64,000 nucleotides of DNA from an uncultured Gammaproteobacteria bacterium (GCA_965231125.1 OZ246414.1:448137-512136); one strand, 5' to 3'. Counted from the first letter of the stretch, positions 9,403 to 19,158 are shown. The notes: a model not told the origin generated them from the sequence alone. Program-made: numbers and translations.

Positions 9403-10718
9403 GGGTACATTTTACGGGAATTGGTGGCGCCGGTACGTCGGCGGCAGCCGCCTTAGCAAAGCAAGGCGGTTTCGAGGTTTCAGGCTGCGATACTGATAAA
9501 GATTCAGGCTATATAGCCGAGCTAAAAAAAATTGGGGTTAAAGTAGAATTTGAGCACAGCCCTAGTCACATAAGAAATTTAGATTTTTTGGTAGTATCGA
9601 ACGCTATCGAAAAAGTAGATTCGCAAAACTCTGAAACTGCCGAGGCGAAAAAGACAGGGTTGAGGGTTCTTACCACCGAGGAATTTCTAGCGGAGTTTTT
9701 GGTAAAAGACAAGTTTCTTATTGCCGTCGCCGGTACCCACGGGAAATCCACCACAACCGCTATGATTGGTCAGATTTTGGAAGATGCGGGTCTAGACCCT
9801 ACAGTTTATGTCGGCACGTTGGTAAATAAATGGGGAAGAAACTATCGGGCCGGAAAAAGCAAATATTTTGTTATCGAGGCAGATGAGTACGAGGATAAAT
9901 TTTTAAATTATCATCCAAACATCGGGGTTATCACAAATATTGATTACGATCACCCAGATTACTTTCAAAGTGAGGTGCAGGTCGTGGAAAGCTTTGCAAA
10001 GTTTGTTGGAGGTTTTAAGGAAGGAGCAAAACTTATTTTAGGGACAGAACCGAAAAAAAGTAAAAACATTTCAGAGTTACTTGCTAGGGTTAAAAACATC
10101 ACAAGTACCTCGATACCATCTTTGTCTCCAAGTTTAACTCTGCAAATACCGGGAGAACATAATATTTTAAATGCCCAAGCCGCCTACCTTTGTGCTAAGA
10201 CAATTGGAATCAAAGACGATCAAATTAAGGAATCCTTGAGTAAGTTTTCTGGCACGTCTAGACGTTTTGAATTCAAAGGAGAAGCGAGCGGTGTAAAAGT
10301 TTTCGATGATTACGCGCACCACCCGTCAGAAATTTCGGCAACACTATCTGCCGTCCGGGAAAAATTTCCAAAGGAACGCCTTTGGGTGGCTTTCCAACCA
10401 CATACTTTTTCAAGGACAGAGGCCCTTTTTCCAGACTTTGTAAAAAGTTTTGAGGAGAGTTCGGTAGACAAATTGATATTAGTAGATATTTATGCTTCAA
10501 GGGAAAAAGACGAAGGACAAGTCACATCCTTTGATTTAGCTAACGCTATAAAAGGGAAAAAAGCGGCGTATGTTGGTGGTCTTGAAGAAGCGGCTACTTA
10601 CTTGGCAAAAAATGTGGCCGGCGGAGATGTCGTTATCGCCATGGGAGCGGGTGATATCTATAAACTTTCGCAAAGATTAATTAGAAAATTAGAAGGGCAA
10701 AATGGAAGAATTAATTAA
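9399..10718 (+). CDS. murC: UDP-MurNAc:L-alanine ligase MurC
   Basis: HFTGIGGAG, GTHGKSTT, EADE, DHPD, DDYAHHP. Confidence 0.95.
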   Translation: MRVHFTGIGGAGTSAAAALAKQGGFEVSGCDTDKDSGYIAELKKIGVKVEFEHSPSHIRNLDFLVVSNAIEKVDSQNSETAEAKKTGLRVLTTEEFLAEFLVKDKFLIAVAGTHGKSTTTAMIGQILEDAGLDPTVYVGTLVNKWGRNYRAGKSKYFVIEADEYEDKFLNYHPNIGVITNIDYDHPDYFQSEVQVVESFAKFVGGFKEGAKLILGTEPKKSKNISELLARVKNITSTSIPSLSPSLTLQIPGEHNILNAQAAYLCAKTIGIKDDQIKESLSKFSGTSRRFEFKGEASGVKVFDDYAHHPSEISATLSAVREKFPKERLWVAFQPHTFSRTEALFPDFVKSFEESSVDKLILVDIYASREKDEGQVTSFDLANAIKGKKAAYVGGLEEAATYLAKNVAGGDVVIAMGAGDIYKLSQRLIRKLEGQNGRIN

Positions 10719-11595
10719 AAAACTAGGTTTTAATAGAGTAAAAATAGGGGAGCCAATGAGCCTTCATACTCAAATGAAAGTTGGCGGAGCAGCCGACTAT
10801 TATTACGAGGCGGAAAGTGAGAAGGGAATGACGGAGGCGGTGAAAGCCGCCATTGAATCAGAAACTCCTTACACAGTGGTTGGTAACGGAGCAAATGTTT
10901 TAGTTTCGGACAAGGGAATTCGAGGGTTGGTAATAGGCAACCGCGCGAATAAAATAAAGTTTTTGCCCCACGGTTTTGTTGAGGCAGAGGCAGGTGTGGA
11001 TAACAATATTTTGATAAGGCAGACCGCTAATAGAGGTTTGACGGGCATGGAAAGATTAATGAAAGTGCCCGGCACCGTGGGTGGGGCAATTTATATGAAC
11101 GCTGGAGACACCGGCAAGAAAATGTTTTTTGGCGATTTAGTTGAATCCATCAAAGTAATCGATAGGGAAGGGAAAATTAAGACTTTGCATAAAGACGAGG
11201 CAAATTTTGGTTACCGTTCTTCGCGTTTCCAAACCTCGGGCGAAGTAATTTTAAGTGCAAAAATTCACTTAGAACAAGCCCCCCAACAAGAAATTGAAGC
11301 AAAAGTAAAAGACATTTTAGTAAGAAAAATTAATCATCCAGCTGGGGCCACAGTTGGGTCTACGTTTAAAAACCCTGAAAATTATCATTCCGGCGAGTTG
11401 ATAGAAAAGGCAGGATTGAAAGGTACAAAGATTGGTGGAGCCAAGATATCCGAAAAGCACGGCAACTTCATTATCAACGAGGGAGATGCTAAAGCTAGCG
11501 ATGTAAAAACGTTAATTGATTTAATGAAGAAAACTGTAAAAGAGAAATTTAATGTTGATTTGGAAGAAGAAGTCCGTTATCTTGGTGAATGGTAG
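10702..11595 (+). CDS. murB: UDP-N-acetylenolpyruvoylglucosamine reductase MurB
   Basis: GNGANVLVSD, PGTVGGAIYMNAG, GSTFKNP, SEKHGNF. Confidence 0.95.
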   Translation: MEELIKKLGFNRVKIGEPMSLHTQMKVGGAADYYYEAESEKGMTEAVKAAIESETPYTVVGNGANVLVSDKGIRGLVIGNRANKIKFLPHGFVEAEAGVDNNILIRQTANRGLTGMERLMKVPGTVGGAIYMNAGDTGKKMFFGDLVESIKVIDREGKIKTLHKDEANFGYRSSRFQTSGEVILSAKIHLEQAPQQEIEAKVKDILVRKINHPAGATVGSTFKNPENYHSGELIEKAGLKGTKIGGAKISEKHGNFIINEGDAKASDVKTLIDLMKKTVKEKFNVDLEEEVRYLGEW

Positions 11596-11605
11596 TCTTC
11601 TAAAA

Positions 11606-11629
11606 GTACAGTATACCAGTATACTGTAC
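11606..11629. promoter_or_regulatory. Perfect 11-2-11 palindrome GTACAGTATAC-CA-GTATACTGTAC (copy 1)
   Basis: Read directly; second copy at 21449-21472 carries a compensatory change. Confidence 0.7.
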
Positions 11630-11679
11630 CGTATGTTGAATGTTGACTTTGATGCAACGTTTGTGGCAAAATGAAGTTG

Positions 11680-12372
11680 ATGGATCCAACTGCTCAAGAC
11701 CGACCAGTTCAGGTTATTTCCACCCAAGGACAAACTCCTAAACAGAGCTCTTTTTCTCTTGGAAAAGTTTTATTAGCTTTAGTAATAATTATCATTGTCA
11801 GTGCGGCTATTGCCGCAGCCTATTGGTATTTTGTAATTGGTAGAACTAGCTCAAACAATTTGCCTAACGAGTCTACAAACACAGCTTCCCCAAGCGCCAC
11901 CCAAGCTACAAAATCCGCCACCACCTCCGCCAAAAAAGTCGATACATCTGATTGGAAAACTTACACTAGCAAACTTGGGGTTTTTGAAATAAAATACCCA
12001 AAAACATTTGTTATCAAAGCGTATAGTCAAATAAAGGGCAGTAAGGACTCTATTGCATCAGGGGTTATCTACCCATTTGAAACTTTCTATTTAACTATCC
12101 CAGGTGATTCTGAAAGTCATGTTAGGATTTATGTAAATGGGTACTGGGATTCTAGTTGCTCAGAGTTTTGTACCACTAAGCAAATAGATTTTGCTGGGCG
12201 GAAAGCGCAGTTGACGATTGATAAAAGTTCAGGGGAAAGTAAATTTTATAGTATTAGATATAAAAATAAGGTGAAAAATGAGGTGGTAGTAGCTATAAGT
12301 GAATTTTCAAGCAAAAAGAGTACAATAAAACTCTTTGATCAAATCCTCTCAACATTCAAATTCCTCGATTGA
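11680..12372 (+). CDS. Single-pass surface protein, family copy A (S/T stalk, PsbP-like variable domain)
   Basis: TM helix, KSATTSAKKVDTSDWKTY, YP motif, C-terminal FDQILSTFKF; the ORF track starts at 11671. Confidence 0.8.
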   Translation: MDPTAQDRPVQVISTQGQTPKQSSFSLGKVLLALVIIIIVSAAIAAAYWYFVIGRTSSNNLPNESTNTASPSATQATKSATTSAKKVDTSDWKTYTSKLGVFEIKYPKTFVIKAYSQIKGSKDSIASGVIYPFETFYLTIPGDSESHVRIYVNGYWDSSCSEFCTTKQIDFAGRKAQLTIDKSSGESKFYSIRYKNKVKNEVVVAISEFSSKKSTIKLFDQILSTFKFLD

Positions 12373-12423
12373 CAACAGCGGCTTTAATTTGCAATCAACC
12401 CCAGACTAACTTAAAATTGTCTC

Positions 12424-13740
12424 ATGGCTAAGTATATCATTGAGGGTGGGACGGCTTTGCGGGGCAAGGTGAAAATTCCTGGTGCGAAGAATGTTGGGTT
12501 TAAGCTGATGATTGCCTCTCTTCTTTCCGATCGCTTATCTACTATTACAAACGTTCCTTACATCCGTGATGTTATCGCGGTCAGTAAGATAATTGAAGTA
12601 TTGGGTGCTAAAGTGGAAATCTCTGACGACACTGTCCAGATAAGTGGCGGAATCAGCAATTGGGAAGTGCCGGAGGAGCTTGGTTTAAAATCTCGGGCGT
12701 CTTTCATGTACTTACCAATTCTCCTTCACCGGTTTAAAAAAGGAAAAGTTCCGACTCCGGTGGGGGATAAAATTGGGAAGAGGCCAATAAACTGGTTTTT
12801 GGAAGGCTTAAAGAAAATGGGGGCGCAGGTGGAATTACAAAATAATTTTGTTGAAGTTTCTGCACCTTCTGGATTAGTTAGCACAGTCTACAAATTTCCC
12901 AAAAACTCTCACACGGGTACAGAAGCTTTAATTTTAGCGGCAGTTTTGGCAAAGGGGAAAACGCGGCTTGAAAATGCCGCCGAGGAGCCAGAAATCGACG
13001 ATCTTATCTCATTTTTGAATAAAATGGGAGCCAAAGTAATACGCGAAAAAGACCGCGTAGTGGAAATTGAAGGCGTTGGCTTGCTAAAAGGGACAACTCA
13101 CGAGGTCTTGCCAGACAGAAATGAAGCGGTTACTTTTGGCTGTATGGCGCTGGGGACACAGGGAGATATTGAGATTGAAAATGCGAAAGCCGCCGACCTG
13201 ACCCTTTTCATTTCTAAAGTAAATTCCGCCGGTGGTGGGTTAGAAAAACTTTCCAAAGGATTACGAATTTTTTATAAAAGCCCTCTTTCACCAACATTTG
13301 TCCAGACTGGCCCCCACCTTGGTTTTATGAGCGATTGGCAAAGTGTGTGGTGCGCTCTTATGACACAAGCAGACGGAATTTCGGTGATTTACGAAACGGT
13401 ATTTGAAAACCGTTTTGCCTATGTCGATTATCTCAAAAAAATGGGCGCAAAAATCGAACTTTTTTCGCCGCCAGTTTCCGAGCCGGAAAAATTTTATAGT
13501 TTCGAGTGGAGCAAGGAGACAGAGAAACTACCCCACGCAGCCAAAATCTTCGGCCCAACAAAACTTATCGGCAGAAGCCTGGAAGTTACAGATATTCGAG
13601 CGGGTGCAACTTTGGTTTTCGCCGCGCTAATGGCAAAAGGTAAAAGTGAAATTACTGGAGTAGAGCACATTGAGCGTGGTTATGAGGATTTGGAGGGAAG
13701 GCTTGAACGACTTGGTGCGAAAATACGAAAGATTGATTAG
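12424..13740 (+). CDS. murA: UDP-GlcNAc enolpyruvyl transferase MurA (Asp at the Cys115 position)
   Basis: GAKN, RAS, GDKIGKRP, NAAEEPEI, PDRNEA, FENRF, DIRAG, IERGYE. Confidence 0.95.
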   Translation: MAKYIIEGGTALRGKVKIPGAKNVGFKLMIASLLSDRLSTITNVPYIRDVIAVSKIIEVLGAKVEISDDTVQISGGISNWEVPEELGLKSRASFMYLPILLHRFKKGKVPTPVGDKIGKRPINWFLEGLKKMGAQVELQNNFVEVSAPSGLVSTVYKFPKNSHTGTEALILAAVLAKGKTRLENAAEEPEIDDLISFLNKMGAKVIREKDRVVEIEGVGLLKGTTHEVLPDRNEAVTFGCMALGTQGDIEIENAKAADLTLFISKVNSAGGGLEKLSKGLRIFYKSPLSPTFVQTGPHLGFMSDWQSVWCALMTQADGISVIYETVFENRFAYVDYLKKMGAKIELFSPPVSEPEKFYSFEWSKETEKLPHAAKIFGPTKLIGRSLEVTDIRAGATLVFAALMAKGKSEITGVEHIERGYEDLEGRLERLGAKIRKID

Positions 13741-13751
13741 CCTCTAATTTT

Positions 13752-14705
13752 ATGAACTCTCTTTTTGAAAAGTTGATAAATTCCCAAAGAGTTTCACAGG
13801 CGGAAAAATTTGCTTTTCTGGGAAAAAGAACGTATCTATTAACCATTAACGTGGAAGTAAGAGTTAAGAGCAAATGCCCGACTCTAGAAATTTGGTTTCC
13901 CCTCCCTCTAAAAACAGATTACCAGAGCCTATTAAAAATTGAATTTTCAAAACCAGTACCAGAAATTCTTGAGGAGGAAGTTTTTGGTAACGAAGTCGCC
14001 CGGTGGAGGATTGAAAACCCCTCTGTTGGAAGATATTTTAATTTTAATGAAACTTGCGAAGTAGTAGTCCATCCCCGAAAGACGCCCCGAATCGAGGGAG
14101 ATCTAGCAGGTTACGATAAAGGCGATCCGCAATACAAATTGTATACAAAGGACGACCCCTTTTTTAATTTTTCAGATCCAAGAATTGAGGCTCTTGCCAA
14201 GAAACTTGTCGGAGGGCAGGCTACGGTTCGGACTGTAGCAAAAAAATTTTATGACTATGTTCTTGATAAGCTAAATTATGGAAACCCAATTGAGGGACTC
14301 TATTCCTCAATTGATGCCTTAGAAAAAGATGTGGTCGACTGCGGGGGGTTTGATTGTCTGTTAGGCGCTTTGCTTCGATCTGTGGGCATACCGGCCAGGT
14401 TAGTTTCGGGAATTTTAGCTGGCTATCCAGGGGAGCACATGCACGCGTGGTTAGAGTTTATGACGCCGGAGGGTCTTTGGGTACCCACCGACCCTTCAAA
14501 TGAAAAGTTGAGACTGGAAAAGAGAGACTTTAAACCAGGCGGTTTTGGAAAAGTTGGGAACGATAGAATCGCTTTCTCAATTGGCACAAATATTAAAATT
14601 TCAGAAAAAAACTTTCCCCTTATTCAACTGCCGGCGGTTGAAGGGGCCTCGACTGGCCGCCTTTCCGTTAGTAGGAAAATAGAGACTAAAATTTTAAGAG
14701 AATGA
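13752..14705 (+). CDS. Transglutaminase-like domain protein
   Basis: DC...ALLRSVGIPARLVSG...HAWLE...WVPTDP (Cys-His-Asp triad). Confidence 0.88.
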   Translation: MNSLFEKLINSQRVSQAEKFAFLGKRTYLLTINVEVRVKSKCPTLEIWFPLPLKTDYQSLLKIEFSKPVPEILEEEVFGNEVARWRIENPSVGRYFNFNETCEVVVHPRKTPRIEGDLAGYDKGDPQYKLYTKDDPFFNFSDPRIEALAKKLVGGQATVRTVAKKFYDYVLDKLNYGNPIEGLYSSIDALEKDVVDCGGFDCLLGALLRSVGIPARLVSGILAGYPGEHMHAWLEFMTPEGLWVPTDPSNEKLRLEKRDFKPGGFGKVGNDRIAFSIGTNIKISEKNFPLIQLPAVEGASTGRLSVSRKIETKILRE

Positions 14706-15712
14706 AAGTTGAAGAAATTAAAGACGAAAAAATTTGGGAGGATTTTGTTAGGAACTGGCAGCCGAATAATTTTTTAACATCTTGGCAATGGGGCCAGTTT
14801 AACGAAGTAATGGGGGAGAAGATTTTCCGCCTTGCCCTTTTTAAGCACAAAAGTCTAATTGGAGTTTGTTTGGCGATAAAAATGCAAGCCCGTCGGGGTA
14901 CATTTATTCTTTGCCCAGCAGGCCCTTTGCTGGCAGATTATAATAAAAAAAATCTAGAATTTTTTGTCGGCGAGTTGAAGAAATTGGCAAAAGAAGAAAA
15001 AGCAAAATTTATTCGAATCCGGCCTTTGGTACCCGCCGGGGAAGTTAAAACAATAATCGAGGGTTTAGGTGCAAAACCTTCCCCAACCCACGTCCATGCC
15101 CAAGTTAGTTGGCTTTTGGATATTAGCAAAGCAGAGGAAGAGTTGCTTGCCGGGATGAGAAAAACAACTAGGTACTTGGTAAAACAAGCAGTAAAATTAG
15201 GTGTTGAAATTGAAGAGGAGAGCGATATAAATGGTGTGAAAATATTAGAAAAACTTCAGGTGGAGACGTCGAGAAGACATAGCTTTGTACCGTTTTCTAA
15301 TGAGTATCTGGAGAAGGAGTTTGAAGTTTTTGCCAAAGAAAAAGAAGTTAAAATACTTCTAGCTAAGAAAGGCGACCAAGTTCTTTCGGCAGCGATGATT
15401 ATTTTCTACGGAGACTGTGCTTTTTACCATCACGGCGCCTCTACCCAATCTAAAATTCCGGCATCTTACTTACTACAATGGGAAGCTATAAAAGCAGCAA
15501 AAAGAGCCGGCAAAAAATACTATAACTTTTGGGGGATAGCCCCGACCCCTTCTCCGAACCATCCATGGGCCGGGCTTACTTTGTTTAAAAAAGGCTTCGG
15601 TGGTTTTAGACTTGAATACACAAAGCCTTACGATTTGCCGGTAAGTAATTTGTATCCGGTGATATATTGGTTTGAAAAGTTAAGGTCGGCCCGACGTGGG
15701 TTAAATGTGTAG
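14702..15712 (+). CDS. FemAB/FemX-family peptidoglycan bridge aminoacyltransferase
   Basis: FLTSWQWG, GP, MRKTTRY, YHHGAS, YLLQWEAI, YNFWG, GLTLFKKGFGG. Confidence 0.9.
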   Translation: MKVEEIKDEKIWEDFVRNWQPNNFLTSWQWGQFNEVMGEKIFRLALFKHKSLIGVCLAIKMQARRGTFILCPAGPLLADYNKKNLEFFVGELKKLAKEEKAKFIRIRPLVPAGEVKTIIEGLGAKPSPTHVHAQVSWLLDISKAEEELLAGMRKTTRYLVKQAVKLGVEIEEESDINGVKILEKLQVETSRRHSFVPFSNEYLEKEFEVFAKEKEVKILLAKKGDQVLSAAMIIFYGDCAFYHHGASTQSKIPASYLLQWEAIKAAKRAGKKYYNFWGIAPTPSPNHPWAGLTLFKKGFGGFRLEYTKPYDLPVSNLYPVIYWFEKLRSARRGLNV

Positions 15713-15716
15713 TTTT

Positions 15717-16520
15717 ATGAATACCAAAGAAAAACCAATTGGAATTTTTGATTCTGGAATAGGCGGCCTTACAGTTTTGAGAGAAATACTGGAAGTTTTG
15801 CCAAATGAAAGTTTAATCTATCTTGGCGATACGGCTCGTGTACCCTATGGTACTAGAGGTAAAGAAGTGATCGAAAGATTTGCTTTGGAACTAACAGGGT
15901 TCCTTGTAAAAAAGGATGTTAAATTTCTGGTCGTCGCTTGTAATACTATTTCCGCTACTTGCCTGGTTGAAGTGGAAAAAAACTCGCCCGTGCAAGTGTT
16001 GGGAGTTATCAATCCAGCGGTGAAGGAAGCTGTAAAAGTTAGCCGAGAAGGCCGCATTGGTGTTATTGGCACTAGAGCAACCGTCGGCAGCGGCGTTTAT
16101 GAGAAAGAGATTAAAAAGTTAAATCCGCAAGCTAAGGTGGTTTCGCAGGCTTGCCCGCTGTTTGTCCCTTTAGCCGAAGAGGGTTTGGTGGGTAGTGAAG
16201 CCACAAAAATAATTGCTCAGGATTATTTGTCTAGCCTTTCGCCCGCCGAGATAGACACTCTTATCCTGGGTTGCACTCATTACCCCGCTCTTCGCGATAC
16301 CATCCAGGGAGTTGTCGGTTCAAGTGTAAAATTAATTGACAGTGCAAAGCCAACGGCACTGGAGCTAAAAAACACACTTGCGCAAAACGATCTGCTTAAC
16401 GACGGAGCAAACGTAAAATCCGAATTTTATGTAACCGACGCACCCGAGCGAGTCTCCCAAGTAGCCGTCGATTTTCTGGGGCAGGTGCTGCCAGGGTCTT
16501 TAAAGAAGATAGATCTATAA
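15717..16520 (+). CDS. murI: Glutamate racemase
   Basis: IGIFDSGIGG, PYG, VACNT, LGCTHYP; alternative start 15705. Confidence 0.96.
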   Translation: MNTKEKPIGIFDSGIGGLTVLREILEVLPNESLIYLGDTARVPYGTRGKEVIERFALELTGFLVKKDVKFLVVACNTISATCLVEVEKNSPVQVLGVINPAVKEAVKVSREGRIGVIGTRATVGSGVYEKEIKKLNPQAKVVSQACPLFVPLAEEGLVGSEATKIIAQDYLSSLSPAEIDTLILGCTHYPALRDTIQGVVGSSVKLIDSAKPTALELKNTLAQNDLLNDGANVKSEFYVTDAPERVSQVAVDFLGQVLPGSLKKIDL

Positions 16521-16555
16521 AAACTTCGTTGACCGCTTAGCATATAATAACTACC

Positions 16556-17755
16556 ATGGAAATAAAGCGATTTTTTGCACCTTACTTTCATTTCACTCGT
16601 CGAATCTTAGCCAAGCTTTGGCTTCTCTCTCACCGCAAAGTTACCGTTATTGGTATAACTGGTAGTTACGGAAAAACTAACACCACCGTCGCAATTGCTC
16701 AAGTTTTGGCGCATAAATTTAAAGTTTTGCAGACAGATTTAAACTTGGACACCTTGCATAACATTCCAATTACAATTTTGCATTTGGATAACCAAGAAAA
16801 GTTGGTTTTAGAATACGGTGTGGATCATCCAGGGGAAATGAACACGCATCTTTTTACGGCCCGACCAAAGGTTGCGGTTGTTACCGGAATTTCTCCCGTT
16901 CACGCTGATAAAGTCCATTTTGGGACTCTAGATAAAATAATTGTTGAGAAAACGAAATTAGTATCAGCCCTACCGAAAAATGGGTTTGCCGTTCTTAATT
17001 GGGATGATCCAAACGTGCGACGAATGAGTCAAGTAACTTCTGCCCAAGTTATTTTTTACGGAACAGACGCAAAAGCCTGCAATATCTGGGTTGGTAAAGC
17101 TAAGGTGGATTTTGGTGGGACGGAGTTTACTTTACATGTGCAGGGAGAAGAAACAAAAATAAAAACAAAGCTAATCGGCTCTCATCATATATACACAATC
17201 ATGGCCGCTGCGGCGGTGGCTTTTACTCAAAAAATGACCCTTAAGGAAATTTCTCGAGCGGTGCAAGCGCTAACACCGCTTGAAGGCCGGTTAAATGTTG
17301 AACCAGGTCCTAAAAATACAGTGATATTAAACGACTCACGGCGAGCCAATCCAGCTTCAACTATCGCCGGTTTGCAAACATTGGATGAACTTTCCGCAAA
17401 AAGAAAAATAGCGGTTATTGGGGAGATGGGAGAGCTTGGACAATATAATGAAGAAGGTCATAGAGAAGTTGGCCGCTTTGTTAAAAAAATAAAGCTTGAT
17501 TATCTTGTTTGTATTGGGGAGTCCACAAAATTTACCGCTGAAGAAGCCAAGAAACACATGAAAAAGAAAAATGTGATTTGGACAAAAGATGTTTTTGAGG
17601 CCGCCGGCGTCCTTAACAGTCTTTTGCAAAAGGGAGACCTTTGGTACTTAAAAGGCTCACTTCTTAAACATGTTGAAAGGATAATTCTACTTTTGGAAGG
17701 CAAAGACGTGGATCCGGACGAAATTGCCTTTAAACGGTACGAAGTTTATCGATAA
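16556..17755 (+). CDS. murF: UDP-MurNAc-tripeptide:D-Ala-D-Ala ligase MurF (short N-terminus)
   Basis: ITGSYGKT, LEYG.DHPGEM, LNDS..ANP, GEMGELG, LKGS. Confidence 0.9.
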   Translation: MEIKRFFAPYFHFTRRILAKLWLLSHRKVTVIGITGSYGKTNTTVAIAQVLAHKFKVLQTDLNLDTLHNIPITILHLDNQEKLVLEYGVDHPGEMNTHLFTARPKVAVVTGISPVHADKVHFGTLDKIIVEKTKLVSALPKNGFAVLNWDDPNVRRMSQVTSAQVIFYGTDAKACNIWVGKAKVDFGGTEFTLHVQGEETKIKTKLIGSHHIYTIMAAAAVAFTQKMTLKEISRAVQALTPLEGRLNVEPGPKNTVILNDSRRANPASTIAGLQTLDELSAKRKIAVIGEMGELGQYNEEGHREVGRFVKKIKLDYLVCIGESTKFTAEEAKKHMKKKNVIWTKDVFEAAGVLNSLLQKGDLWYLKGSLLKHVERIILLLEGKDVDPDEIAFKRYEVYR

Positions 17756-17762
17756 ACATCTT

Positions 17763-17933
17763 GCCACCTTTTCAAAAAGGTGGCGCCAAAACTCCCGCTG
17801 GACTGCGCTGGCTGTAAAACCTAAGCAAAAATGCTTCGGGACATCCTCTGGAATTCTCTCGGCTTCGCCTCGGTCAGTTCCAGTTTCCTCTTTGCATTTT
17901 TGCTAGTTTTAAGACGCCGTGCTCGTACAGCGG
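17763..17933. repeat. Structured intergenic element: short hairpin plus ~140-nt imperfect hairpin (MITE/REP-like or ncRNA)
   Basis: GCCACCTTTT/AAAAGGTGGC; nested CCGCTG/CAGCGG, AGCAAAAATGC/GCATTTTTGCT, CTGGAA/TTCCAG. Confidence 0.6.
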
Positions 17934-18011
17934 TCAAGAACTCTTAACTCTAGATTCTAAATTCTTTGATTGTTTGCTTGCAAGCTTTGCAGGTGATAAA
18001 ATCCACTTTAT

Positions 18012-19052
18012 ATGGCAAATCTTTTACTTGTATTACTTCTATCGTTTGCGGTAACTTTTGTTACGGCGATTCCGTTTATCAACCTACTTTATAAACTCAA
18101 GTTTCAGAGACAGAGGGAAATGCAGCGGGATATTTTTGGTATGGTTACTTCGGTTGTAAACCGGCTTCATAGTTGGAAAGTCGGCACGCCAAACGCCGGG
18201 GGAATTTTGATTATTTTGGTCAGCATTATTCTTTCCGCAATCTTCTACAAGGTGGTTCCTGGTTATAACATCGTTACTAAAATCTCTGGATTAAATTGGG
18301 TGGCAGCTGTCTTGTACATAACTTTGATTTTGTACGGGCTGCTGGGACTTTATGACGATGCCCGGAAATTTTATGGTTTTGCTTTGGAAAGCGTTTGGGG
18401 TTTGCGGTTGCGTTATAAATTTCTACTTCAGGCCGCAGCCGCCTTACTAATTGGTTCCATTCTTTACAACAAACTTGGTTTTTCGTCAGTTAATATTCCG
18501 GTAATTAACGCTACCTTAAGCTTGGGGGTAGGTTATATTTTGTATTCGGCTTTTGTGATATTAGCAACAACAAATGCAGTTAACATAACCGACGGTCTTG
18601 ACGGTTTGGCAACTGGTCTTACAGTAATTGCTTTAATCGCGTTTTGGGTGTTAGCCGCTTTTAAAGGGGAAGTCGACACTGTGCTGTTTATTGCCGTGAT
18701 AATCGGATCGCTTTTGGCCTTTCTTTATTTCAACATTTTCCCCGCAAGAGTTTGGCTTGGAGATACCGGTGCCCTTTCCCTTGGGGCGATGGTGGCGGTG
18801 ATCGCCCTTTTGCTTAATGCATCGCTGATATTGCCGTTCGTTGGATTTGTCTTTGTGGTTGAGGCGGCATCGTCTTTAATCCAGTGGTTCTCTAAAGCAA
18901 CCCGAGACGGCAAGAAAATATTCTTGGCCGCCCCAATTCACCATCATTTCGAGGCTAAAGGCTGGGATGAGACAAAGGTAACAATGCGGTTTTGGCTCCT
19001 TGGGGTCCTCTCTGCTTTTGTCGGTTTGTATTTGGCCTTTGTTAAGTTATGA
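18012..19052 (+). CDS. mraY: Phospho-MurNAc-pentapeptide transferase MraY
   Basis: GTP..GG, DD, NAVNITDGLDGL, GDTG, APIHHHFE. Confidence 0.96.
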   Translation: MANLLLVLLLSFAVTFVTAIPFINLLYKLKFQRQREMQRDIFGMVTSVVNRLHSWKVGTPNAGGILIILVSIILSAIFYKVVPGYNIVTKISGLNWVAAVLYITLILYGLLGLYDDARKFYGFALESVWGLRLRYKFLLQAAAALLIGSILYNKLGFSSVNIPVINATLSLGVGYILYSAFVILATTNAVNITDGLDGLATGLTVIALIAFWVLAAFKGEVDTVLFIAVIIGSLLAFLYFNIFPARVWLGDTGALSLGAMVAVIALLLNASLILPFVGFVFVVEAASSLIQWFSKATRDGKKIFLAAPIHHHFEAKGWDETKVTMRFWLLGVLSAFVGLYLAFVKL

Positions 19053-19094
19053 TCGAGAAGGGTAGGCAGTTTTACACCTTTGAAATCTTTAGCT

Positions 19095-19158
19095 GTCATT
19101 CTCGATTTAATCGAGAATCCATATATTTGGGAGTTATCCTCGCTTTCGCGAGAATGAC
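19095..19158. repeat. GTCAT...ATGAC REP-like palindromic element
   Basis: GTCATTCTCG...CGAGAATGAC termini with internal palindrome ATTCTCGATT-T-AATCGAGAAT. Confidence 0.7.
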
